45,099 nt of DNA from Candidatus Thorarchaeota archaeon SMTZ1-45 (GTDB taxonomy: Archaea > Asgardarchaeota > Thorarchaeia > Thorarchaeales > Thorarchaeaceae): positions 1-45,099 of the forward strand of contig LRSL01000063.1 of NCBI GenBank assembly GCA_001563335.1, in the 5' to 3' direction. Under the pieces are notes generated by a model. It was given only the letters and a program-made list of their open reading frames with translations. It was not told the DNA's origin and made no database searches. The translations under genes and the position numbers were made by a program. Shown here piece after piece: positions 28,658-38,848 of this stretch. The stretch's first letter is position 1. Each line of letters begins with the position of its first letter.

Positions 28658-28767
28658 AATTCTCCCATCTCTTATTCTTTACCCATCACATTTTCCATCC
28701 CTCACTGTTAAATACAGGCTTTGTTCTTTGATTCAGGTCTTTTCAGACAAATTAGGAGTAGAAACAA

Positions 28768-30165
28768 ATGGAAATGGGAGAGGTAGTTCAAGAAATCCCA
28801 ACCGATAGAAAAGAACGATTTGGTTGGTATCTTTTTGATCTTGCAAATACGAGCTTTACAGTCCTCATAGTTACAGCATTATACCCCCTCTACTTCCGAG
28901 TGTTAGTTTGGAATGAAACACTTGGAGATGCAATGTGGGGATATGCAGGCAGTATCACGATGCTAATAATTGCAGTAAGCGCTCCTGTTCTAGGAGCAAT
29001 TGCTGACTTTGGGGGCACGAAGAAAAAGTTTCTAATATTCTATACTTCTGTCTGTATTGCTTTTACTGCGTTCATGGTTTTTCTTCCGGGTCTCAGACAA
29101 TCTGAGATTGATCTACTTGAACCCGGAGTAGGTTCATCACCATTCCCTGTGATTCTGGGATTTGATATATGGGTATGGGCGTGGATAATTTTCATCATAG
29201 CAAATATTGGTTTTCAAGGAGCACTCCCCTTCTATAACGCTTGGCTTCCAGAAATAAGCACAGAGGAGAATATAGGCAGAATAGGCGGTTATGGTTTCGC
29301 TGCTGGTTATGTTGGAGCTATGGCAACTATTGTAATTGCTCTAGTCGTAATTCTTGCTGATTTACCTTATACCTATGCGTTTTTCCTTAGCGCAATATTC
29401 TTCCTTGTGTTTGCGATTCCAAGCATAATCGCGTTGAAGAATAGACCCCCAAGGGTGTTTCCTGGAGAGGAAGGTCAATCTCTCGCACGGCTTGGATATC
29501 AGAGGATTAGAAACACACTCAAGAATATTAGGAAGTACACGGGTTTGCCACTTTTCTTAGTTGCTTACTTTTTGTTCAGCGATGCAATAACAACTGTCAT
29601 CTACTACGCGGCAATATTTGGTCAAGCTGTATACGCATTTAGTACAACCATGATTCTCATATTCTTTGCAGTGACTCAACTTGCAGCAATCCCAGGAGCA
29701 TTCATCTTTGGCATTGTGGCGGATAGAATAGGAACGAGGAAAACTCTAATCATTACTCTGTTCATCTGGGTTATTGCCTTATCAATTGCCTACCTCTTTG
29801 TTGCTTACGGAGCACTCGTTTGGTGGACAGTTGGTATGATTGCAGGTGTTGGAATGGGTTCATCTCAGAGTACAGCACGCAGCATGTATGGTCAGTTCAT
29901 TCCAGAGGAAAAGAAATCTGAAATGTATGGCTTTTACGCTTTAACTGGTAAATTTGCTGCAATTCTTGGACCATTTGTGTATGCATCTGTTCTCTTGCTT
30001 GTAAATCCAACACAAAATCCAAGTCTTGTTGCTCAAGCACATCTGACAGCTATGCTTGTCATATTGATATTCTTTGTAGCATCAATCCTATTACTCCTTA
30101 AAGTAAGGCAACCTGTGAAAGGTGAAGCTAGAGTCTATCTCGAGGATGACATTCCATTTACATAA
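28768..30165 (+). CDS. MFS transporter, UMF1/ATG22-like family
   Basis: WYLFDLAN, PVLGAIAD, YNAWLP, 12 TM segments. Confidence 0.9.
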   Translation: MEMGEVVQEIPTDRKERFGWYLFDLANTSFTVLIVTALYPLYFRVLVWNETLGDAMWGYAGSITMLIIAVSAPVLGAIADFGGTKKKFLIFYTSVCIAFTAFMVFLPGLRQSEIDLLEPGVGSSPFPVILGFDIWVWAWIIFIIANIGFQGALPFYNAWLPEISTEENIGRIGGYGFAAGYVGAMATIVIALVVILADLPYTYAFFLSAIFFLVFAIPSIIALKNRPPRVFPGEEGQSLARLGYQRIRNTLKNIRKYTGLPLFLVAYFLFSDAITTVIYYAAIFGQAVYAFSTTMILIFFAVTQLAAIPGAFIFGIVADRIGTRKTLIITLFIWVIALSIAYLFVAYGALVWWTVGMIAGVGMGSSQSTARSMYGQFIPEEKKSEMYGFYALTGKFAAILGPFVYASVLLLVNPTQNPSLVAQAHLTAMLVILIFFVASILLLLKVRQPVKGEARVYLEDDIPFT

Positions 30166-30191
30166 TTGTCTTGTACGTTAGCAAAATGAAT

Positions 30192-30215
30192 TCCCCCTAG
30201 AATACCCTAGGGGGA
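30192..30215. terminator. Hairpin between convergent genes
   Basis: tccccctag-aatacc-ctaggggga (9-bp stem), followed by a pyrimidine/T tract on the + strand. Confidence 0.7.
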
Positions 30216-30231
30216 TTCCTTCTCTTTTTCT

Positions 30232-31185
30232 CTAAAGTAGTGGAGCAATTTTTTCGCCAAATAACGAAACCTGCCCAGTTTCTTCACCATAAGGAAACAT
30301 TAGAATTATGTTTGATACTCCTTGTTCCTTATATTCAAAAAGTCTATTAGCAATGATATCTGGAGTGCCCCAAAGGGAAGAAGATACCCTCCTTCTATAC
30401 TCGGCTTCAGAAATCCCACGAGCAATTGCACCTTTCTTAATCATGTCTTCCATTTCGATATCAGACTTCACGATGCGTGTCCAAAGACCAACCGATTTTG
30501 CTATGTCATTTGGATTCCTACCATGCTTTTTCGCAAACTTAGAAAGTTGCTGAAAAATGCCCATCGTCTGTTCAGGTGAAAATCCCCAGGCTACATTTAA
30601 GCCATCAGCATACCTTGCCGCTAACTCAATCATCTGAGGTCCTGCTCTGTTAGAACCAACCCAAATTCTAGGATGTGGTTTTTGAACGGGTTTCGGGAAT
30701 GATATTAGCTCCTTTACTCTGTAATGTGATCCTTCGAATGAAAACTTGTCTTCGGTCCATGCTCCTCGAATGATACGAATTGCCTCACTAAGCTGTTCCA
30801 ATCTTGTTTCATATTTTGGGAACTTGTAGCCATATGCGTCATATTCCATCCTTTTCCAACCAGCACCAATCCCAAAATCTAGTCGACCATTAGATAGAGC
30901 ATCAATTGTTGCAGCCATTTTTGCATGAAGGGCTGGCATTCGATAGCTGTTGCAAAAGACCAAACTACCAACACGGATTTGTTTATTCTCTCGCACTAAA
31001 GCAGCCATGATTAACCATGGGTCAAGAAGAACCTTATCAGTTGCATCCGAGTCTAGCATGAAATGGTCAGAGAACCAGATACCTTTGAAACCATTATCAA
31101 GTGCTTTTTGGGCTATGTTAAGAACATCAGGAAAATCATACCCAAATTGTGGCTCAATCTGAACTCCGAATTCCAAAAGCCTCAC
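30232..31185 (-). CDS. Luciferase-like (LLM class, probably F420-dependent) oxidoreductase
   Basis: WFSDHF, AKMAATIDALSNGRLDFGIGAGW, PKPVQKPHPRIWVG. Confidence 0.9.
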   Translation of the reverse strand: MRLLEFGVQIEPQFGYDFPDVLNIAQKALDNGFKGIWFSDHFMLDSDATDKVLLDPWLIMAALVRENKQIRVGSLVFCNSYRMPALHAKMAATIDALSNGRLDFGIGAGWKRMEYDAYGYKFPKYETRLEQLSEAIRIIRGAWTEDKFSFEGSHYRVKELISFPKPVQKPHPRIWVGSNRAGPQMIELAARYADGLNVAWGFSPEQTMGIFQQLSKFAKKHGRNPNDIAKSVGLWTRIVKSDIEMEDMIKKGAIARGISEAEYRRRVSSSLWGTPDIIANRLFEYKEQGVSNIILMFPYGEETGQVSLFGEKIAPLL

Positions 31186-31628
31186 TCCTTAGTGAGGTCA
31201 AGGACAATCTTTACTACATCTTTCACGTACCCAGGACAGACTTTCTCAAATGTTCCATCTTGCATTGCTTTATCGTGTTGAGCTTTATCAGCCATCTGAA
31301 TGCCAGTTAGCTTATCGCAAATAATTGATCCATTCTTTTCTTGAAATCTTCGAATGAATTCCTCTGTGGATTCATATGTCATTGTTTTATGCTTTTTAAC
31401 ATCACCAACTCTCTTTCCATTGATGACACCAAGAGCAGCTACTGCTCCTGAAACAGCTCCACAAATATGACCTTGTAAACCGATACCACCACCAAAACCT
31501 GCAGCAAGATTGAAAATCTCATTGAAATCCATCCCCTTTATCTCGAGTACGGATTTCATCACTGATTGAGCACAGTTATAATCTGTTGAGAAGTATTTCA
31601 TTGAGAGTTTAACAGCATCATCTATCAT
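31182..31628 (-). CDS. C-GCAxxG-C-C family putative redox protein
   Basis: YNCAQS, GFGGG, ICGAVSG, ICDKL, VC. Confidence 0.9.
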   Translation of the reverse strand: MIDDAVKLSMKYFSTDYNCAQSVMKSVLEIKGMDFNEIFNLAAGFGGGIGLQGHICGAVSGAVAALGVINGKRVGDVKKHKTMTYESTEEFIRRFQEKNGSIICDKLTGIQMADKAQHDKAMQDGTFEKVCPGYVKDVVKIVLDLTKE

Positions 31629-31728
31629 AGGCTGAACTAGAAATCAACCACCATAATAGGTTTCCGAGAATCCAAATCTTGCTCTAAAAGAAATTGATTT
31701 GGAATGATGGATGCTATATTGCTATGCA

Positions 31729-32166
31729 ATGAAAGAATATCCTAAACAAATTAGTCTGCAAGAAGTTTGGGTGCATTTTGAAGGGTTCCCCTTGGCTCAT
31801 CTAGCAACCGTTGAGGGAAATCAACCAAGGGTTCGTCCTATGTCTCTTATTTCAATCGAGAACAGACTATGGTTGGCGACAAAAACTGAGTGGGATAAAG
31901 TAGGTCAAATAATAGCAAACAACAAAGTAGAATTCACTGTGGCTCCACTAAGTAAGAATGGGACAGGGAGTATCCGAGCCACTGCGATAGCGGTTGTTAT
32001 AAAAGATAGAGAAACTAAGCAAAGACTCTCTCTTGCAATTCCTTGGTTCAATCAATATTGGATTGATTCAGATGATCCGAATTTCACGTTGATTAAATTG
32101 GAACCTACTAGAATGCTTTATGATCATCCATCAGACCGCAGAAAATACACAGTTATTCTTACATGA
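31729..32166 (+). CDS. Pyridoxamine 5'-phosphate oxidase-like flavin-binding protein
   Basis: LATVEGNQPRVRPM...KVGQI...DDPNFTLIKLEP. Confidence 0.85.
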   Translation: MKEYPKQISLQEVWVHFEGFPLAHLATVEGNQPRVRPMSLISIENRLWLATKTEWDKVGQIIANNKVEFTVAPLSKNGTGSIRATAIAVVIKDRETKQRLSLAIPWFNQYWIDSDDPNFTLIKLEPTRMLYDHPSDRRKYTVILT

Positions 32167-32665
32167 TTTTGGATGGCGGATTTGCTCTACTTATCATAAT
32201 CCATCCCGCAATCAAGACCGCCATGCCCAGTATCAATACTGCACCTCCTACATGTTCCATTATTGCCTCGAAAGCTACTAAACTCCGCGAAATATAGCCA
32301 GCTATCATAATCACGATTCCAGTGATGAAAATAATCTTGGGGATTGTTGTGTCCCTTTCCTCTATAAAGAACCCTTCATCCTTGACTATCGCTACTGGTG
32401 CATCTGATACTTTTACTTCAGATAGGAAAAATCGTTGACCATCAGGTGCGAAAGAACCAATTAGTGTTCCCTCATCCACAAGCTCCTTCAACACTGAACG
32501 AACTAGATTCTCTTCAGACCCAGATATGTCGCTTATCATACTTAGTAGACTAATCCTGTTCTCTACTACAATCTGGTAAACTTGAGCCTTTAGGTCTGGT
32601 GCAGTAGAATGATTTGCTGAAGATTCGTCAATTATCATGATAAATCCCATGACAAAACGAAGCAA
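32159..32665 (-). CDS. Winged-helix (PCI-like) domain protein with two C-terminal TM helices
   Basis: LVRSVLKELVDEGTLIGSFAPDGQRFF, then two hydrophobic segments; start uncertain. Confidence 0.6.
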   Translation of the reverse strand: MLRFVMGFIMIIDESSANHSTAPDLKAQVYQIVVENRISLLSMISDISGSEENLVRSVLKELVDEGTLIGSFAPDGQRFFLSEVKVSDAPVAIVKDEGFFIEERDTTIPKIIFITGIVIMIAGYISRSLVAFEAIMEHVGGAVLILGMAVLIAGWIMISRANPPSKIM

Positions 32666-32934
32666 GAAAGTATATAATTCAAAGGCACTGCGCAGGCTCT
32701 CACAAAAGGGTCACATAAAGGGGACTCAATAGGAGTACACCTTGTTTTACTTTTACATCTGTTTGAACAATTGACTGATAAAATTGCATATTCGTTATAA
32801 TAAGCTCAAAAATAACAAATGTGTATCAAGGGTTAGAAGAGGCTTTTTTAGTAGGTTTGTTAAATCCACGGATAACACAAATCTGAAATACTCAGAACAT
32901 GTGTTTCTATTCAACTCTTTTGGAGTGGAGAGAA

Positions 32935-34056
32935 ATGGAACAAAGAACAACAGCAGTTGTGATAATCATAATCCTAATCATTGGCATGGGTGCTGTGATC
33001 TTTTTGGGTCCGATGCTCTTCCCAGCTCCTGCTAAAGTCGCAATAATTTTAGGGACTGGAGGAAGAGGTGACCTAAGCTTCAATGATGGGACTTATGCTG
33101 GAGCAGTAAGAGCCAGGGCGGAGTTAGGCTGGAATTTTGACTATGCCGAACCAGACCAAATCTCCGAATTCGAAGGATATCTTAGGGATTACGCAGCGGC
33201 TGGTACATATGAAATCATCATATGCGGTAGTTTCGATCAATCTGACGCATTGACTGCAGTTGCAGCAGACTACCCGAACCAGACGTTTGCTATTATAGAT
33301 AATGTCGTTGTTGCGCCAAATGTACGCAGTTGTGTATTCCAAGAACATCAAGGCTCAGCTCTGGTTGGTGCACTTGCAGGTCTAATGACACAAACTGACA
33401 AAGTAGGCTTCATTGGCGGCGAGGACATGTGGTTGATCCACAGGTTCGCAGCTGGCTATGTGTGGGGTGCGAATTACACAAATCCGGGTGTAAACTTCAC
33501 AGTGCAATATACTAATAGCTGGATTGACACTGCAGTAGGCCAAAATCTAGCTGATGCAATGCATGCATCTGATGTTGATATTATCTATGCAGCTGCAGGC
33601 AGATCTGGTCTTGGTGCTTGGACTGCTACAAGAAACAAAATAAGTGCAGCAACAAATACAACGAATCTCTGGATGATAGGAGTCGATTCCCCACAGATGT
33701 GGTTTGGAACATCTAGTTACGACGATCCTACGGCAGCAGCTGCCCCAACATTTGCTCTTACTAGCATGTTGAAGAGAGTCGACGTGGCTTGTTTCGACGC
33801 GATCAAAGACACCCATGATGGCACTTTGAATAGTACAACTGGTACCATCGAGACCTACAATCTTTCCAATAATGGTCTTGGTTGGGAGATAAATGGTCTT
33901 CAACCATTCAGTAATTTAACTGAAACATACACATTGGTTGAGTATGACCCACCACTACTAGAGCTTCCACAGTCATGGATTACTCAAATCAATAATTTGA
34001 AGGCAGCTATAATTGCTGGAACTGTGACTGTACCAGATACTATATATTGGACCTAG
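32935..34056 (+). CDS. BMP family ABC transporter substrate-binding protein (nucleoside)
   Basis: N-terminal TM anchor, GGRGDLSFND, KVGFIGG, IGVDS, LTSMLKRVD. Confidence 0.92.
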   Translation: MEQRTTAVVIIIILIIGMGAVIFLGPMLFPAPAKVAIILGTGGRGDLSFNDGTYAGAVRARAELGWNFDYAEPDQISEFEGYLRDYAAAGTYEIIICGSFDQSDALTAVAADYPNQTFAIIDNVVVAPNVRSCVFQEHQGSALVGALAGLMTQTDKVGFIGGEDMWLIHRFAAGYVWGANYTNPGVNFTVQYTNSWIDTAVGQNLADAMHASDVDIIYAAAGRSGLGAWTATRNKISAATNTTNLWMIGVDSPQMWFGTSSYDDPTAAAAPTFALTSMLKRVDVACFDAIKDTHDGTLNSTTGTIETYNLSNNGLGWEINGLQPFSNLTETYTLVEYDPPLLELPQSWITQINNLKAAIIAGTVTVPDTIYWT

Positions 34057-34062
34057 TGAAAT

Positions 34063-34097
34063 AGAGAGGCTTATGCCTCTCTTTCCTACTTTTTTTT
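34063..34097 (+). terminator. Hairpin plus T-tract after the substrate-binding gene
   Basis: agagaggc-ttat-gcctctct, then T8. Confidence 0.7.
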
Positions 34098-34174
34098 CCA
34101 TGCATATTGGGCAGAGATAAATAGGAGTGAGCTGCTTCTCAATCAAACTGGACTGCCATTAAGGAGGTCTAACA

Positions 34175-35767
34175 ATCTACGCAGTAGAGCTTGAGAATAT
34201 CTCGAAGACCTTCCCCGGAGGAGTTGAAGCAAACAAGAATATCACCCTAAGGATTCGTGAGGGTGAAGTTCATGGTTTGCTAGGTGAGAATGGCGCGGGG
34301 AAGTCGACATTGATGAATATTCTGTACGGATTTCTCTCCAAGGACACTGGGAGGATAATCATCAAGGGAGAGGAAGTTGAGCTCCATTCTCCTCAAGATG
34401 CCATTATCAGAGGTGTTGGTATGGTACATCAACACTTCAAGCTTATTCCACCTTTGACTGTGACAGAGAATGTCATTCTCGGTCTTGAACCAGTTCTCAG
34501 GAGAGCAAGAGCTGAGAAACTCACAGGAGCAAAGCAGTTGTCTTCTCTTCTGCCGATTGATTTTAAGGGTGCAGCTGATAGAATTCAGAAAATTGCAGAA
34601 GAGAATGGTATGCAAATCGATCCAAAGACAAAAATCCAAGACCTTTCTGTTGGACTTCAGCAGAGAGTCGAAATTATCAAGACGCTTTACAGGAATGCTG
34701 ACATTCTGATTCTTGATGAACCTACATCAGTTCTGACACCTCAAGAAGTTGATGACCTCTTTTTGACTCTAGAACGGTTCAAAGAGAGTGGTAGAACAAT
34801 AATTCTAATCACACATAAGTTGAGAGAACCAATGGCACTAGCTGATAGAATCAGCGTTCTTCGTGACGGAGAACTGGTTGGGACTGTAAACAAAGAGGAC
34901 ACCTCGCCAGAAGCCTTGGCGAAAATGATGGTTGGAAGACCTGTGGTATTTAGGGTCGAGAAAAGTCCCGCTACACCTGGTGATGTAGTTCTTTCAGTCG
35001 ATAACTTAACAGTTCGAAACAAAAGAGGAGTAATGGCAGTTAAGGGTATTAATCTAGAAGTTAGAGCTGGAGAAATTTTTGGTATAGCTGGAGTTGAAGG
35101 TAATGGCCAAACTGAACTCATTGAGTCAATTGCAGGCTTAATTAAACCAGTTGGTGGAAGAATCCTACTCAATGGGCGTGACATAACAGGAGTAAATCCA
35201 AGAGAAGTCAGGGAAGCTGGTATTAGTCATATACCTGAAGATAGGCACAAACGAGGACTTGTACTTGGTTTTACAATTGTTGAAAACAGTACTTTAGGAA
35301 GACATTACAAATCTCCCTTTGCGACAGGTCCTGCCAATCAGTTAATAGACTTGTCTCAAGCTGACCATTTGGCAGATAGACTTGTTGATACCTACTCGAT
35401 CAAAGTAGGAGACATCCATAACTTAGCTAGTACACTATCTGGGGGCAATCAACAAAAAGTCATAGTTGCAAGAGAACTGGCTGCGAATCCAAAACTGATA
35501 CTTGCAGCTCAGCCAACTCGAGGACTCGATGTTGGGGCAACGGAGTATATTCATAATGTTCTCGTTTCGATGAGAGATGCAGGTGCTGCAATCCTACTTG
35601 TGTCAGCAGAGTTAGACGAAGTTTTGAGTATGTCGGATCGCATCGGTGTAATATTTGATGGCCAAATTATTGCAGTGAAACATCCAAGCGATACAACTGC
35701 TCAAGAGCTTGGGTTGTTAATGGCAGGGCACAATGCTGGTTATTCTGCAGAGGAGGCGGTAGCTTGA
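34175..35767 (+). CDS. Nucleoside/sugar ABC transporter ATP-binding protein (two NBDs), probable ATC start
   Basis: YAVELENISKTFPGGVEANKNI lies in frame upstream of GENGAGKST; DEPT, LSGGNQQK; AAGGAGGT 6 nt before ATC. Confidence 0.9.
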   Translation: MYAVELENISKTFPGGVEANKNITLRIREGEVHGLLGENGAGKSTLMNILYGFLSKDTGRIIIKGEEVELHSPQDAIIRGVGMVHQHFKLIPPLTVTENVILGLEPVLRRARAEKLTGAKQLSSLLPIDFKGAADRIQKIAEENGMQIDPKTKIQDLSVGLQQRVEIIKTLYRNADILILDEPTSVLTPQEVDDLFLTLERFKESGRTIILITHKLREPMALADRISVLRDGELVGTVNKEDTSPEALAKMMVGRPVVFRVEKSPATPGDVVLSVDNLTVRNKRGVMAVKGINLEVRAGEIFGIAGVEGNGQTELIESIAGLIKPVGGRILLNGRDITGVNPREVREAGISHIPEDRHKRGLVLGFTIVENSTLGRHYKSPFATGPANQLIDLSQADHLADRLVDTYSIKVGDIHNLASTLSGGNQQKVIVARELAANPKLILAAQPTRGLDVGATEYIHNVLVSMRDAGAAILLVSAELDEVLSMSDRIGVIFDGQIIAVKHPSDTTAQELGLLMAGHNAGYSAEEAVA

Positions 35768-37275
35768 CCGAAGAATCACCGGAAGAGGAATATGTCAATA
35801 AAAAGGGTGGATTCAATCTAAGAGTAATTTATGACAGAATAATTGGTAAGCTGAGTGACCCCTCATTCCATAAAACAGCCATCTGGTCGACTGGTTCAAT
35901 TATTTTAGCTCTGGTGGTCGCAGCAGTTGTAATGGTTATGACTGGATACAATGTGGGACTAGCATTTCTCACACTTCTATGGGGCGCTATCACTCAATTC
36001 GACAGAGTCCTTTTCTTTGGAACACCCCTTATCTTCACAGGACTATCAGTGGCATTGGCTTTCAAGTGTGGTCTTTTCAATATCGGTCCTGAGGGGCAGC
36101 TCTACATGGGTGCTATGGCTGCAGCCATTGTTGGGTATATGTTTTCACTTCCAATTGTGATACATCAGTTGACAGCCTTGCTGTTCGGCGCGTTTGCTGG
36201 GTTTCTATATGGATTACTTCCTGGCATTCTGAAAGCCTATAGAGGCACTCATGAAGTAGTCACAACCATGATGATGTCATATTCAGCTCTATTGTTTACG
36301 GCGTGGCTAGTTGCCTATCCCCTGAAAGATACAACTCAAACACTAGACCGAACTCCGGAAATATTAGCTACCGCAGAACTCCCAAAGCTGCTTGGACCCT
36401 TTCTCAACCTTAGCCTAATTATTGCAATATTAGCTGTGATTGGGGTTGACTACTTAATCAACAGGACAGTTCTGGGATATGAAATGAGAGCCGTTGGTCA
36501 AAATCCAACTGCCGCTGAAACTGCAGGTGTTAATCCAAAGAAAAATATTGCACTAGCGCTTGGCATCGCAGGTGCATTAGCGGGATTAGGTGGTTCAGGA
36601 GAGATACTTGGATATCACCATTTGTTCCAAGATAATTGGTCAACAGGGCTTGGATGGGATGGAATCACTGTAGCTGTTCTTGGAAATAACAATCCATGGG
36701 GTGTTCTGGCAGGAGCTATATTCTTTGGAGCCCTGCGAGCAGGAGGAATTCAAATGCAACGAATAGCTGGAGTGCCACTAGAGATGGTGAGGGTCATTCA
36801 AGGTTTAATTGTGCTATTCGTAGCAGCCCCGAGAGCAATAGATTGGCTTTCAAAAAGAGGGGTTGATTACGCTATATGGCTAAAAAGGGATCGCGTCCCA
36901 GCATTAGTACACTTATGTACTAGCGGCATAGCGGGTGCTTCCGCAATTATCTGTCTAACTGTGTTTGGTTCTTTCTCGACAATGATGGAGGCAGGAGTAG
37001 TCGGATCAGGTGGCTCAGTGACTTTATTGCTATTTCTTACTAGTCTAATCAGTATTTATGCATTAATTGAACTACTCATGAGAAAACCACGAGGCCTTAT
37101 ACTGTTAGTCTTTGCAGCCATAGAATGGCTATTAATTTCAGCAATGGGATATGTGGCAAGAAGTATGGTCATAGTCGGACAGAGTCTTGTCTTTGGGGTT
37201 GTAATGCTATTAATGGTAGTTCTGGTTGTGAAAGTCTTTCCAGAAACCCCTGTGGATTCAGGAGGTGACAATTAA
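35764..37275 (+). CDS. Nucleoside ABC transporter permease with C-terminal membrane extension
   Basis: GLFNIGPEGQ, HEVVTT, GYEMRAVG, GWDGITVAVLG. Confidence 0.9.
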   Translation: MTEESPEEEYVNKKGGFNLRVIYDRIIGKLSDPSFHKTAIWSTGSIILALVVAAVVMVMTGYNVGLAFLTLLWGAITQFDRVLFFGTPLIFTGLSVALAFKCGLFNIGPEGQLYMGAMAAAIVGYMFSLPIVIHQLTALLFGAFAGFLYGLLPGILKAYRGTHEVVTTMMMSYSALLFTAWLVAYPLKDTTQTLDRTPEILATAELPKLLGPFLNLSLIIAILAVIGVDYLINRTVLGYEMRAVGQNPTAAETAGVNPKKNIALALGIAGALAGLGGSGEILGYHHLFQDNWSTGLGWDGITVAVLGNNNPWGVLAGAIFFGALRAGGIQMQRIAGVPLEMVRVIQGLIVLFVAAPRAIDWLSKRGVDYAIWLKRDRVPALVHLCTSGIAGASAIICLTVFGSFSTMMEAGVVGSGGSVTLLLFLTSLISIYALIELLMRKPRGLILLVFAAIEWLLISAMGYVARSMVIVGQSLVFGVVMLLMVVLVVKVFPETPVDSGGDN

Positions 37276-38225
37276 TGCAAACTGGAGATCCTATGCTAGA
37301 ATTACTAGGTTGGTTGCTGAAAGCAACATTACAGATGGCTACTCCTCTTGTTCTGACAGCTCTTGGAGGAATGTTTTCAGAGCGCACGGGAGTGGTAAAC
37401 ATCGGTTTGGAAGGTATGATGCTAGTAGGAGCTTTCTCAGCAGTTGCTGGAACATATTATTCAGGTAGTCCATGGCTAGGGTTGATAATTGCAGTTCTTG
37501 CTGGCGGAGCTTTAGCTGGAGCACATGCTATTGTTTGTGTCAAGTTCAAAGGAAACCATATTGTGAGTGGAACAGGCATTATTCTATTTGGAATGGGTTC
37601 AACAACACTAGGTCTTCAAGTGGTGTGGGGGAAGCAGGGACTATCTGATTCTGTTGAAAGGATTCCTGAAGTCGTAATTCCCCAGATACAGGGTGTACCA
37701 ATGCTTGGAACTGCTTTTGGTTCTCTTTCTCCCCTAATCTACTATATGTTCATCATAACCGTGCTGAGTTGGTATGTACTCTATCGTACACCATTTGGCC
37801 TCAGAATAAGAGCAGCGGGAGAGGATCCGAGCACACTTGATGCAGCAGGTGTAAGCGTCGAGTGGACTCGAGTGATTGGTGTCATAATTAGTGGATGTCT
37901 AGCAGGTCTTGGTGGTGCATATCTAAGCATTGGTTTCGAGAATGCTTTCGGAAAGGGAATGACAGCAGGGAAAGGATTCATTGCATTAGCTGCACTCATC
38001 TTTGGGAACTGGACACCCATAGGATGTTTCCTTGCTGGAATCTTCTTTGGGTTTGTCACAGGATTGCAGTTTGTTATTCCTATCCTGGCACCCGGTCTAG
38101 TAACACTGACTAATCTTGTGAAGATAATTCCATATGCTCTAGTAATTGTCGCCCTCGCAGGAATAAGAAGATCAATACCGCCTAAGGGAATAGCAATTCC
38201 ATACGAGAAGGAGAAGAAGGCATAG
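37275..38225 (+). CDS. Nucleoside ABC transporter permease
   Basis: SERTGVVNIGLEGMM, GLRIRAAGEDP, GKGFIALAALIFG. Confidence 0.92.
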   Translation: MQTGDPMLELLGWLLKATLQMATPLVLTALGGMFSERTGVVNIGLEGMMLVGAFSAVAGTYYSGSPWLGLIIAVLAGGALAGAHAIVCVKFKGNHIVSGTGIILFGMGSTTLGLQVVWGKQGLSDSVERIPEVVIPQIQGVPMLGTAFGSLSPLIYYMFIITVLSWYVLYRTPFGLRIRAAGEDPSTLDAAGVSVEWTRVIGVIISGCLAGLGGAYLSIGFENAFGKGMTAGKGFIALAALIFGNWTPIGCFLAGIFFGFVTGLQFVIPILAPGLVTLTNLVKIIPYALVIVALAGIRRSIPPKGIAIPYEKEKKA

Positions 38226-38280
38226 TAGTCTGAAGATTCAATGAGTAGTATAGACTACAAGGCTAAAGGTGTATCCTGTG

Positions 38281-38742
38281 ATGAAATCTCATCCAGTAAG
38301 ACCTAAAGCTATCTGTATCATTCGAAATGAATCAAGAATTCTTCTGGAGTATTCAAAATCGCCTACAGAGGAAGACATCTTTTACATACCTTTGGGAGGA
38401 GAAATCAAATACGGAGAATACGGTGAAGAGACTGTCCGAAGAGAAATTCTTGAGGAGATTGGGGCGGAGATTGATAATATTCGTTATCTTGAAACCATTG
38501 AAAATATCTTCAAGGCAAAGAGCGATGTTGGTCATGAGATAGTTCTTGTCTTTGAAGCTGATTTTGTTGATAAGACATTTTATGAAAAAGATGTCATCAG
38601 AGGTCTAGAACGGGAAATCACACCTCCTCTACCTATCATAGCATTTTGGAAGACAATAACAGAAATTGAACAAGAAGGTATTCCATTATATCCTGATGGA
38701 TTGAAGGAGCTTTTGTTAAAACACCCAAGTAATAATACATGA
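38281..38742 (+). CDS. NUDIX hydrolase
   Basis: GGEIKYGEYGEETVRREILEEIG Nudix box. Confidence 0.9.
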   Translation: MKSHPVRPKAICIIRNESRILLEYSKSPTEEDIFYIPLGGEIKYGEYGEETVRREILEEIGAEIDNIRYLETIENIFKAKSDVGHEIVLVFEADFVDKTFYEKDVIRGLEREITPPLPIIAFWKTITEIEQEGIPLYPDGLKELLLKHPSNNT

Positions 38743-38848
38743 CCCTGAAAACAAGCTCTTTTAGCCTTACAATATCTATTAGTGTGTCATTGTGACAAAT
38801 AGCAATATTCAATTATCCAAAATAGTCTATTGTCAGGAGCTACATAAG

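Noticed and set aside
28768-30165. ATG22-like transporter as an autophagy signature
   Set aside because: The UMF1/ATG22 MFS family is widespread in prokaryotes
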